Of a DNA stretch of 64,000 nucleotides, positions 51,401 through 62,628 are shown piece by piece (position 1 is the stretch's first letter; every line of letters begins with the position of its first letter). Position numbers and translations under genes: made by a program. Below the pieces are notes generated by a model. That model did no database searches. It saw nothing but the letters and a program-made list of their open reading frames with translations, and was not told the DNA's origin. The stretch spans positions 124,001-188,000 of the forward strand of contig BQFW01000003.1 of NCBI GenBank assembly GCA_020891255.1, read 5' to 3'. This DNA comes from Entomortierella parvispora E1425 (lineage: Eukaryota > Fungi > Mortierellomycota).

Positions 51401-51823
51401 AACACCTTTGCCGTCTCGATACAGGATGCCGACACTGTTCTGAGCAGAGCTGTTTCCTTGGAGAGCTGCCTTCATGTACCATACCATGGCCCAGGTATAG
51501 TTTTGAGGAACACCATCGCCTTTATCATACATTCGTCCAACATTGTACTGGGTGGTCGAATTCCTTTCAGTGAGATCGTCCATTCTATCAAGTCAGTTCA
51601 TGACACAGAGACGACAGGTTGTCAGGGTGGGAGTATAATCGAGACGTTTCTACGTGGGTTTCTTTGACTGGCATCAATACCTGAGTCCATTCAATTCTTG
51701 TATCAATCCAGTATGGTCCTGCCCATCCATTGTATGATTGTTGCGATCACTGATACCTTGGATGCAGATCTTTTCGACAACAGACGGGATAGGACCATGG
51801 TGAGGTGCTTGCATCTCTTCCAT
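48449..51823 (-). CDS. Sel1-like repeat (SLR) protein, 28 repeats, about 1092 aa, no signal peptide
   Basis: 36-aa repeats GxAxAQFNxGxMYxxGxGVPQDYxKAMEWYxKAAxQ. An upstream exon 51823-51681 (MEEMQAPHHG...NGLR) splices in phase 2 via GTATTG...CTGAC..TGATAG to 51584. Confidence 0.95.
48986..50281 (-). repeat. Tandem array of 12 highly similar 108-bp units inside the Sel1 gene
   Basis: 108-nt periodicity with near-identical neighbouring units (49021 vs 49129; 49681 vs 49789) and a 756-nt-offset duplicated pair (49345 vs 50101). Confidence 0.95.
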
Positions 51824-52522
51824 GGGTTAACTTGAATGGCTCTCGCGCTGAATGCAGATGGTCTTTAAAAAGTGCACCAAAAAGTGAAAGGACAGAGGAG
51901 AGGGAAGCGTGGGAGGCTGGGAAAAGAGCGGAAGGGGGTTCGCCTCTCGTCCCACGGCGGGGGGTTTTTTTTTGCTTTGCCATCCCGTTTTGTCTGGTGC
52001 CACAAAGAAAGGACAGTCTCGACATCTTTGTTTCTGCTTGGAGGTGGGCTGGTGTTTTTTTCTACTTGCGTTTTTGGTCGCACAGGACACTGCTCCTACT
52101 CCAACTCATCAAGATCATAGGCGAAAAAGATGCTCGCTCAAGACGTGGACCTGACGAAAACGACACTGAGAGATAGAGGAAATCGATGTTGATCAGGCGA
52201 AATCCAGAAACGACATCTGGTTCAATGAAAACTGAGTTTATCCAAGTTTCCCTTGTCGTTTATTGACGACAACTGGCCAATAATTCTTTTCAGGGCCTCA
52301 AGAAGACTGGCCATCCGCCACCCTGTTGTATCGCATAGGTCCATTCATGTTGGTGCTGTGGATCTTGACACTTCAAGCTGACAAGACATGGTCCCTCTTC
52401 TGCCTGCCTTTCACTTCTCGCCTGCTATCCTTGCTTTCATTTGTCTAGTCAGTTTTTTTATATCTGCTTGCCTGTCTTTATTCCAGTTCCATGAAGCAGG
52501 CAATTTATAACTAAAAAATCCT

Positions 52523-54244
52523 TCATCGTCTGGAAGGACTGCGACTACGACTTCTCCGGCGATAATCATCTCTTCGGTCGCGATAGCGGTCACGACTCCT
52601 GCTCCTGCTATAGCTACGATGACGGGATGATCTACCATCGCGGTCATCGTCATATCTACGGCTGCTGCCTCGTCCGTCATCTCGACCGCCACGGTCCCTG
52701 GATCTAGAGCGGTACCGAGATCCAGGGCCTCTATGACTATCCCGTTGATCACGGCCTCGGTCCCGATCGCCTCGATCTCCTCCTCGATCTCCACTTCGGC
52801 CACCTCGGTCCCTGTTGTCTGGCCTGTCTTTCCTAAAAGTCGCGCCAGTTGTAGAGAAATTAGCTCCAGCTGGGTGAAATACACGCAACAACTGCTCAGA
52901 GAGTAAGGCACAAATAGAAAAAAAGCAGCTTACCTGAAATGATCACGTTGACCCATCTTGGCGCGGCCGGCATCTGCATATGGCTCCAACTTTGTCTCCA
53001 GATCGCGCATCACCAAGACTGGAATACGAGGTAGAATCTGTCCAAGAAACTTTTGATCATGAAGCAACATGTAGCACATCTTGCCGATAGTTCTACAACA
53101 CAAAATTATCTATCGTCAGCTCTTATATCCGTGAGGCGCGTTCAATTTTGCATTGAAATAAATCTTACGAGTATACGGGCTTGACACCGCCTTGGAGCTG
53201 AATCTCCTGATCGTCCTCCAGATAAGGTCCAAGCCAATCCCACAGCTGATCTGGCTTGCAGACATATCTCAAGTAGAGAAAACCAAGGCCTCTCAAGTAG
53301 CTAATAACAATGAATGAAGAAAGTTGGTTGTTGGCATGAGTGTCAGGGTATCCGATCAGGTTTCACAGTCAGCATAGTTGGATTCAGTTGCCTATGTTCA
53401 CTTACACCGAGTGTGGGTGGTCGATCAAGTTCTCCAACTGCCTGACAGTCAAGGGCAAAGTCCAGAACTTGTACATGATAACCCATGCAGTCGATGGAGT
53501 GGTTCCTTTCAAGAATGGCTCTATTAGAGTATCACAGATGCAAGATCCCATGGTTAATAAAAATATGGAAAAGTGAGGTTTTCACCCCTCTAAATCGCCA
53601 CTCCACTCTTCAAAATCCCGATAGCTTTGTTCAAATATCTGTGGAACAATCAACACGAGCTGAACATTACTGTGTATGCCACAGGGCGCTTCCTCGTCAC
53701 TCGATCCATGTCTGCCTCATCGACTATCGAAGGATCCTTCTTGTAATGCAAAATTTCACCGAGGCTTACCCATGGATTTCACTAAAAACAGAGATGCAAA
53801 GGACAATTGTTAGTTTCGTTCATGTCCTTTCCCAGGTGGGTACACATACGATACATCCATGGAGGTGAAAAGAGACTCGATTGAGGTAAAAGCCAACCCT
53901 CGATCTGCTGCTCGGTCCGTTCTCCTCTGAAGGTAGGCGCGACGAAACTTGAGAGTGGGAAAACAGGACCCTAAGCAAAGGCACATTGTAGTGGAGGCAA
54001 CCTACCGTTTCGTTGAGCTTCATTTTGGACTTCCTGAAAGGTCTCCATTTCGCTAGAAGAGCAGTTTCAAAGAGAGAAGGGAGCATGAGTTGACCTGATC
54101 ACCCCATGACGTCAAACAGTGATATTCAATAGCCACGTACCTGATGGTGCGGAGGTAGGGCGAGTCAATGATGTTCTGGAAGAGGACCGAGTTGAGGTTC
54201 ATAGTCCTGGCATTGCCGTGCGTCTCCAGCTGATTCGAGCTCAT
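52523..54244 (-). CDS. PRP38: Pre-mRNA splicing factor 38 (PRP38B-like) with RS/RD tail
   Basis: MSSNQLETHGNARTMNLNSVLFQNIIDSPY; STAWVIMYKFWTLPLTVRQL..LIDHPHSV|YLRGLGFLYLRY; LWDWLGPYLEDD; C-terminal RSRSRSPSRR. Seven exons including a 12-nt microexon. Confidence 0.92.
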
Positions 54245-54346
54245 GATGGGTCCGTGTGCGTGTGTAAGTGGTGATGAATGAAGAAGACAAGAAGGGCGGA
54301 CGGAGGCGCCCATTTGTGCTGGAGTGTGGTCACTGGGAAAAAAAAA

Positions 54347-54354
54347 GTCACGTG
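54347..54354. promoter_or_regulatory. GTCACGTG E-box centred in the 224-bp PRP38/RRN7 bidirectional promoter
   Basis: 103 nt from the PRP38 ATG and 115 nt from the RRN7 ATG. Confidence 0.5.
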
Positions 54355-54468
54355 TCTGCTATTTTTTTTTTTTTCTTTTTTTTGTCCTTCTGCCATGGCA
54401 TTGCTTGCCCATTTTGGTCATTCCTTCGTCCAACTCGACATTCCACCGACCTACTCAACAGCACAGCC

Positions 54469-57113
54469 ATGGGCAAGAAGCCGCCATGTCGCATTTGCCG
54501 CTCAAGGCGGTGGAGAAAAAACAGCAATGGCTTTTTTATTTGCGAGCTGGGGCATCAGCTAGAGGTACGCCCAGCGCAGCGTTCGTTCCGCTGTCCAGTT
54601 GTGTTGAAGAAGGTGCTGACGACTGACTTCTTCAAAAACAATCCACATATCGTAGGGTCATCAAGAGGAGGTGTCCGAATTCGATGCCACCATGGGATCG
54701 ACTTATCAGCGAGTGAAAAAGGGCCCAAAGCGGAAACGAAAGGTCCAGGAAAACCTCATTTCATGTACGTCTGCCCCTGTCATACCTTTTGGTGGATTTC
54801 GCCTCGATTTTTTTTTTTTTAAGCTGATCCAACCCTGACAAATCAAACACTTTTCTGATTCATATAGTTCTCAGTGGCAGAGACTTGGACTTTTATTTTC
54901 TTCAGTGCATCCAATTGCTCTTGAGAAAACAACTCTATGCGATGATCCACGAGCTCGGTTGCCCTGCAGAAATCGAGAATGTCGCGCACGAATACTGGAC
55001 CCTATACATGGCGAGCCTGACTGCCTATCGAGCCTCGAACGATACCCTGAACACCGACGACGACGACGAGAGCGACGATGAGGGCGAAGACAATAGCGAG
55101 CAAGACGGAAAGAACAAGGACAAGGACAAGGACATGGAGACTGGACCCGAATCAGAAAAGCAACTGAAAAAGTCGAAAAAATCGAGTGATCCTGTTTTCA
55201 AAGATAAGGCAGACGTGTCTGAAGAAGAGCCAGACGATCTGGATAATATGGACGAGTACCAGCGAAGTGATTCTTCATCTTCCGAGTCCGAAGACGAAGG
55301 AAACGATGACGAGAACGACAATGACGATGACGACAATCTCAATACGGGTCTTCCGCAAAAAAAGACCAGAAAGACGCTGCCCTCAGGAAAGGTCGTGCCG
55401 AGCAAGAAGTTTTTGAAAAACTCTGCGACAGACCTGACGATGCCATCCACAATCGCCATCTGCTTTTTGTCTGCACAGCATTTGAAGCTGCCCATCGTCA
55501 TGGGAGACTTTTATCGGTATGGAAAAGGGTGTTAGAAACTGCGATTTGCTCTTACTCGCTCGTACTGATCAAAGACGACATCTGCTCCTTCTCATTTGCG
55601 TAGCTGGACCATGGACAGAACAATACCTTATTTCAACGCTGAGAACTACTTTCCTCCCGAAATGCGTGGCCGAGCACTTGTTGAGGTTCTCGCTCCCAAG
55701 GTATGGATAGCATGGAAACGAGCACTATGACGTGGATCGAGACTGGATTGAGGATTTGTACTAAGAGTGTTTTTTGCAAACCCGCTGTTAATAGCATCGA
55801 GGGATCGAGGTGTTTCAAAATGCTGCCGGCTTCATCTCCAACCACATGCTCTCAGAGTTTGGGGTTGTGCCAAGGACTCCAAACATCCCGCCCATGATAT
55901 TTCGATTTGTGCAGGAGCTAATGCTTCCAGGTAAATTCAGCTTTTTTTGTCGTGTCGGACAGTCAACGTTTGCTCGGAGGATCTCTCTCTAATATATTAT
56001 CCGTACAGTCGAGGTCTACCCATGTGCGATGCGCCTGTATCATATATTCCAGGATAAAACGTCCGAAAAGCTTGGACGTCATTATCGCCATCAAACCACG
56101 ATGAACCCAGTTATTGCAATGGCTGTGGTCCTTGTTATTGCAAAACTCATTTATGGTCTGGATGACAAGAAGAGGTATTATTGGAATTCACTCGTGCATT
56201 GTCAACACGAATATTCAAAGGACGGTGTCTAATTTGTTGATCCTTCTGTGTGTATATAGATCGACACCTCAGCCGTCGTCATGGCTCAACTCATTACCGC
56301 GAGAATCCGACATTTTCAAATCCCTAGATGTGTTTGACAGTCTTCAAGCCCAAACAAAGATACCCACTCTCTTCGGGTAAGTTTTTTGGGATATGTTTGA
56401 GATGTAAGGTCTTTGTGCCTCGTTATCTCTGACTTTTTTTTTTTTTTTTTTTTTTTCATTGACACAGAGAATTTGAAGAGCTGATCAAGCTGAACCCTGA
56501 CCTTTACACGGAATATTGTGAAAATGAGTTGAAGCCATACCCAAGGCTAGGATGGGCGACTCGACCTCGCGGGCTTCTCCCATTGCTGTCGGTTTTCGAA
56601 TCGACAAATTACGGAGATTTGACGACAGGAAAGTATGAGGAACGACCGACCCCTACCATTGAAGCATTTATACAACATCTCCATTCGAAAGTGCCAACGC
56701 CGAAGGATCGTGAGGACTGGACAAAGACGGCAGGCCCACCACCCCTCAAACCTGGCGAAGGATATGTGCACTACAACAGCGATGCGACGGGAGAGTATCT
56801 TGGACAATACAAGCGAATGTTGAGCTATGCTACCAACATCCTGTGTGTGACAACAGATCAATTGCAGGAGGCTGTGGGTCGTGTGGAGCTATACACTGTC
56901 TGCGACACTGTCCATTCGGCAGGCAAACTCAATATCATCCAGAAGAGACCACCCCCCAAAAAAACCACCAGAAAGGCATTGGAACAGGCATTGGGCATTG
57001 CAGATGATGCTGATCTCGCGGCTGTTCTTCTGGAGAATGGCACCGAGGCTGCAGAGGGTATCGTCGAGGATATTCCTGAGGATTTTGATGCCATGGATTT
57101 CGAGGATTTCTGA
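54469..57113 (+). CDS. RRN7: RNA polymerase I initiation factor RRN7/TAF1B
   Basis: N-terminal zinc ribbon CRICRSRRW...GFFICELGHQ; FLQCIQLLLRKQL..MI.ELG.P.EIE.VA.EYW.LY; TIAICFLSAQHLKLPIVMGDFYR cyclin-like region. Confidence 0.88.
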
Positions 57114-57142
57114 TCCAACCTTCCATACAAAAAAAATAAACA

Positions 57143-57151
57143 GTCACGTGA
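57143..57151. promoter_or_regulatory. GTCACGTGA E-box upstream of JMJD6
   Basis: 90 nt upstream of ATG 57241, in the 127-bp gap after RRN7. Confidence 0.45.
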
Positions 57152-57240
57152 ATTCTTCCTATTTTTTTGTTGTTTTCGCATGCATGTCTTCTTTCCTTCT
57201 TTGCATCTGCATTCTTTTACCCGACACAGTCATTTCGAAA

Positions 57241-57708
57241 ATGCAGCCGCCCATGATGACTCGCCACCATCGGCGGATTCGACGAGCCAAGTTGAGGGCT
57301 CGGTCTGGTATGTGTTGAAGCTTTATCTCTTGATGTTCAGGAACCAAGACGTTCACTTTCTTTCAAACTCAAGCACCTACTCACCTACTCAGCCTGTGGC
57401 CCTTTCATTTTCCCAACGACCTATCCTCGGGCATTTTAGAACTCGATATCTTTCAATGGAACAAGCACCAGTTTGCTCAACAGGATTTCACCATCCCAGA
57501 CCATTACGACACCTTGAAGCGGATCGATTATGACAAGGTCTCTCGGGAAGAGTTCATTGAGGAGTATGAGGAAAAGAACATCCCTGTGGTCATTCGAGGA
57601 GTCATGGAAGGATGGGGAGCCTGCAAGAACTGGAATATCGAGGTATGATCCTTGACATCTAAGAAAAAAAAGAAAGGCCGTCTTCATATTTTTGGATCCT
57701 TTTCTAAG

Positions 57709-57739
<31 letters not shown>

Positions 57740-59340
57740 TTGGTGAGTAGGCATTTTTGAAAAAGTACTATTCTCAGCCTTTCAAAGTTGGGGAGGACGA
57801 CGATGGCAACAACGTCTATGTCAAGATGAAGTACTTTTTGAAATACGCCGAGACGGACGGACTCAAGGACGATTCGCCCCTCTACATTTTTGATTCTGGA
57901 TTCGTGAAGCGCAAGTTGACACCGACTCAAAAGCGACGCATCTCTGGATCCTCTTCATCCTCGTCCTCATCATCCTCTACCACCTCCGGCAAAAAATCCT
58001 CCAACAAGAAGGCAGTCGTGTCCAAGGACGGAGACGATGCTTCTTCCAGTGATGAGGCTGATAGGAAGGGCTCTGTCGGCAACAAAAGATCTAGACCTCG
58101 CTCCAGCTCTCCGTCAGACGGCAACTCCAAAAAAGTGATCAGGGTCTTTGGAAAGCGTGACAATGGCGATTCCTCAGAGTCCAAGGAAAGACGCAACAAG
58201 AGAGAGGAAGAGCATGCCAGTACTTTACTTGATGACTTTACTGTCCCAAAGTACTTCAAGGATGATCTGTTCCAGTAAGTTCTACAGGAAGGGAAAAAAA
58301 TAGACTGGAATGCTGGCTATTTGGTGGCAAAAGCGCACGGGCTCGAAAATTTGTTTGGACTGACCCCCTTTGTCAACGGTCATGACGATCTTTAGATTGG
58401 CTGGAGACCGCAGGCGACCTCCTTACAGATGGTTCGTGGTTGGAGGCGCCAGAAGTGGAACAGGAATTCACATCGATCCCCTTGGTGAGTCTGAGTTGGA
58501 GGATTATCTTTGATATGGGGGTGTTTTCTTTATTTTTTTATCTGTCAACCGGGCACTGACCTCTTGCTTGATCGGACTATAGGCACATCGGCATGGAACA
58601 CATTGACAACAGGACATAAGCGCTGGTGTCTGTTCCCTCCCGGCATTGAGAAATCTGTGTACGACCCTCCTATGAAACCATTTGATCGGGAAGCTGTCTC
58701 TTGGTTCCACCATGTCTATCCTCGATTTGCCGCGAACGACTTTGAATTGGCAAAGAAATACGGGATGATTGAGGTCATTCAAAGGCCAGGAGAGACCATG
58801 TTTGTGCCTGGTGGATGGCCTCATATCGTGATGAACCTCGGTAAGAGATCTGTGGCGCACAGAATTTATTCCTGTTTGGAGACGTGGAGACAAAAGATGG
58901 GATACTGACATTTGCTACCCACTGTGATCATAGACTTTACTATCGCCATCACCCAAAACTTTTGTTCGCCCACCAACTTTGAGACTGTGTGGCTGAACAC
59001 GCGCCATGCTCGTCCAAAACTATCGCAAAAGCTGCGGTCCGAGATTGAGCGATTGTACAAGAAGACGGGACGATGCTTTTATAAGGACTTGATGGAAAAA
59101 TGTAGGTCGCTTGCATATGTTCCGATGCTTCCTATGTCCACTGATGATAGCAGCTCCAGCAGCAGTAGCTCGAGTTCGAGTTCAGATTCGTTGAGCTCGA
59201 CTGAAAGCGAAAGTGATATTGGCGAAATCTGCATGTGTCACAAGTGCAAGAAGAGGCGAAGAAAGGAAGAGCGAAGAGCCAACAGGGAAAAGAAGGCAGC
59301 AGCCAAAGCCTCAGCGGCGGCAGATGCGGACTCTGACTAG
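57241..59340 (+). CDS. JMJD6: JmjC oxygenase JMJD6 (PSR) homologue
   Basis: [14 protein letters not shown]; [20 protein letters not shown]; PLYIFDSGF; [10 protein letters not shown]; [27 protein letters not shown]; [10 protein letters not shown]; [18 protein letters not shown]; IAITQNF; Ser-rich C-terminus. Confidence 0.95.
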
Positions 59341-59798
59341 AGAAAAAAAAACACATACGTGGATCCTGGATTGGACTCCACCCACAGCACATTTTACCAT
59401 ATCACGCATCAGTCATACACTTTATACAAAAAAAAAACGACATCGACTTGACCCTCATATCCCCCCATCGATAGTCAATAAACCCATATCAGTTTGCATT
59501 GTAGTTGAATTTCATCCGCATGTTGAAGACTTTAAAATGACGTTGTATTATGGATAAAGGTGGTTTTAACTGCTACGAGATGATGGAAAATGCACATTGT
59601 TCCTGTCCACTTTGAGAAAAAGTGGAACAGGAATGCTGTTGGGTGAGGTGAGGTGAGGTGGGTATGATGGTTTTGTGCGCAGTAGATAGAATGTAAAGGG
59701 TTCGCCAGCCGACGACGCGCTGTCGTCGTTGGTTTGCAAAGGTGGGCTCCCACAATGAAGACGCGGATCTCGGTTGGCAGGCAATGTTGTCCTTTTTT

Positions 59799-61142
59799 TT
59801 ACCAGGCAATCTTTTTCCTGGACAAGTCAAAAGAGTCGACCATGCTGCCACGGTAGAGCTCCTTCAAGACCTCCCCCCGCTCGATCGTCGACTCGACAAT
59901 GGCTTCACAATGGCAAGGATCCACACGGCCGTACCAGACAGCCATGCCCTCTTGCTTGTGAACAATGACATTGCCCGCAAATTTGTGTCCACCGATATGA
60001 GAGACCAACCAGATCTCGACATCGCCCTCACAATCGCCATAAATGTCCTTGGCACGGAGGATGCGCTTGAATTCCTTTTGGAGGATGGGGGCCGTGACGC
60101 CGCAGCGCTTGTCACGCTTGCGATGCGAGCAAATCATGATGGCGGCACGGGGAAGCCATCTGTGGGCGGTGAAGGTGGTGTTGCCAGCCTTGACGGTACG
60201 GACTTGATCCGTGGTGGAGTGGTGGAAGGTGCCCTTGGAGGAAGGAGAATCAACGGCCGTAGTGCTGCTAGAGCTGGAGATGGTGCTGCCACTCGAAGAG
60301 ACCTTGCGAGTGGTAGTCGTGGTCGTGGTGGTCACGACGGTCGTCTTGGATCCATTCTGGGTCGCGTTGACGGTAACAGATGAGTTGGATTCCGACTTTT
60401 CATCATCCTGGACATGTCCATTCGTTTTTTCCAGCTGGCCATTCAGTTCTTCCTTGGCCACTTCGAGCGCCTTGGACTCTGTCTCGTGCTCAGCTTCCAC
60501 GGTGGCAGCAACGGAACCCACGGGGGGTCTCAAGAAGGCCTCAAAGAAATCGTGGCATTGGTCTTTGGTGACATTGTTGACGACAATTTGATCGGGCAAG
60601 ATGACGACCTGCCAGCCTTCACCCTCCCAGCTGTCACCGTGCTTTGAGCTGTTGGTCAAGACGATTCTGGGCAGATCACGACCGCCGTTCTCCTCCTTCA
60701 GACGGGCTTGACCTTCCTCGATGGCCTTTTGTAAATACGGGGCGAGCGAGTCCTTGTCATCGTCAATGTGGGCCTCCCAATCGTCCTTGCCGGTGGAGAT
60801 GAGGACATGACGGGTATAAGGACGCATGGAATCCAACAACGGGGTCTCTTGATCGATTTTGAGGTAAGAAGGGTAATGAGGATGGTTTTCCTCGGGGCAA
60901 GGCGTGGGGCAGGCATGGCAGTCCGAGAGGGTGACATAGGGGATATGGACGTCGGTTGATCCCTGTTCAGGCGCGGGCTTGGGGCCCTTCTTTTCCTTCT
61001 TGGTCTTGGGCTCGGTCGTCGAGGTAAGGGTCTCTGTGGTGGTGGTGGTGGTGGTGGTGATGACGGAAGGAGAGACGGGGGCAGTGTTCTTGAGGACCAG
61101 GCTCTTGGCGAGGTTCAAGGCGATGGCGGCGGTGATGATCAT
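59799..61142 (-). CDS. APD1: Sucrase/ferredoxin-like (thioredoxin-like 2Fe-2S) protein, Apd1/Aim32 family
   Basis: PYTRHVLISTGKDDW; IMICSHRKRDKRCG; SHIGGHKFAGNVIV; WYGRVDP; N-terminal CxxCxxPC. Intronless. Confidence 0.85.
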   Translation of the reverse strand: MIITAAIALNLAKSLVLKNTAPVSPSVITTTTTTTTETLTSTTEPKTKKEKKGPKPAPEQGSTDVHIPYVTLSDCHACPTPCPEENHPHYPSYLKIDQETPLLDSMRPYTRHVLISTGKDDWEAHIDDDKDSLAPYLQKAIEEGQARLKEENGGRDLPRIVLTNSSKHGDSWEGEGWQVVILPDQIVVNNVTKDQCHDFFEAFLRPPVGSVAATVEAEHETESKALEVAKEELNGQLEKTNGHVQDDEKSESNSSVTVNATQNGSKTTVVTTTTTTTTRKVSSSGSTISSSSSTTAVDSPSSKGTFHHSTTDQVRTVKAGNTTFTAHRWLPRAAIMICSHRKRDKRCGVTAPILQKEFKRILRAKDIYGDCEGDVEIWLVSHIGGHKFAGNVIVHKQEGMAVWYGRVDPCHCEAIVESTIERGEVLKELYRGSMVDSFDLSRKKIAW

Positions 61143-62080
61143 GTTGTTTTCTGTTGCAATGAGGAAATGAGACCGAGATGTGATGAGCTTTTTCCTTTTT
61201 TTTTTCTTGACTGTTTGAACGCGACGACAGGAGAGAGTACGAAAAGAGTGGGGAGTGGAGAGAGAAGGAAAGAAGAGTGGAGAGAAGATGAGAAGAGTGG
61301 CGAGAAGAAGAGAAGAGGAGTGAAGAGAAAAAGAGAAAGAAAGAGGACGGAGGAAAGGCGATCTATATCATTGGGGCGGGGAAAGACAGAAGGAGCTAAG
61401 AAGGACAGAAGTGGACAGAAGGCCATTCTTCCCACCGTCTAAATGCAGCGCAACCAAAGAGGATCAATACAATATAGTCAGCACACAACACACAACACAC
61501 AAACAGAGTTATCAGATGGGTGCCAATCATGTCCCCCGTCTTTCGTCCATCTGATAAAGAACTTGTCCAAGCAAGGTGGTACGACAGCAGTTTTGGAGTC
61601 TGTCCTCATTCGCTCCGGATATGGCAACCATGATGTCCCCACGGCCACGGGCGTGCTTTTCTTTTCTCTCACTCTCTCTGCTTCTCTCCCTCTCTCTGCT
61701 TCTCTCACTCGCTCTGTTCTCTCTCCCACTCCTACTCCCACTCCCCCCTTTGATCACTTCCCAACAGACTCCCTTCACACACACAGACACAGACTCTCTT
61801 TACATACACAAAAGAACAAAAAAAAAAAAAAAAAAAAAGTGCTGACTGATCCAACCACTCCTTCCTCCCCAGCCACCGTAGGTCCTTTGTTGCCTAGGAA
61901 CAAGAGAACAAAAAAAGCCACCTTCACGACCATGTCGCGTCTCTCTCTCGCTGTGTGTGTCTCGCTGTCTGTCTGTTCTTCGTGTCTATCCTTCTTGCTT
62001 GTGCATGTATGTCTGTCTACGTGTATGTGTCTATGTGTCTGTCCACCCCACAAGCGAGAAACGTGTCCATGTGCAACATT

Positions 62081-62110
62081 CATTCATTCATTCATTCATT
62101 CATTCATTCA
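62081..62110. repeat. (CATT)n tetranucleotide repeat within a simple-repeat-rich intergenic region (also TACACACACT and TCACTCAAA repeats)
   Basis: Seen directly; related repeats at about 62151-62185 and 62475-62505. Confidence 0.85.
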
Positions 62111-62628
62111 TCCCTCTTCCCTTCTTTGCATGGCATCCGTGCACTCACCCTACACACACTTACACACACTTACACACACTTACACACGCGCACCACTTTC
62201 ACTCCTCCTCTCCATCTCTCTTCACTCACCTTCCTTCACCTTGCTGCTCTTCCTCCTTAGAAATCATCCTCTGCTCTCACTCACAATCTCTCTCACTCTC
62301 TCTCTCTCACTCTCAATCTCTCTCTTCCATCCATTCCGTCTCTCCTTGCTCCTTTCTCCTTTCTCCTTTGTCATCGTCCCTGCACCCGTTGCTTTGTCCT
62401 CTGTCTGCTCTCAATCAGTCTACCAATCAATCAATCATTCACCCTCTTTTCGTTCTTTCTTTTCTCCCTCCATTCACTCAAATCACTCAAATCACTCAAA
62501 TCACTCAATCACCCGTACCTTCTCGGTCCTTTTCATCCACTCATCCACGCATCTAGTCCCCTTCCTTCTTCTCATAGTGATCGTAATCATCCTTCATCCC
62601 TCCATTCCCTCTGGAATGACTCCTGTTC

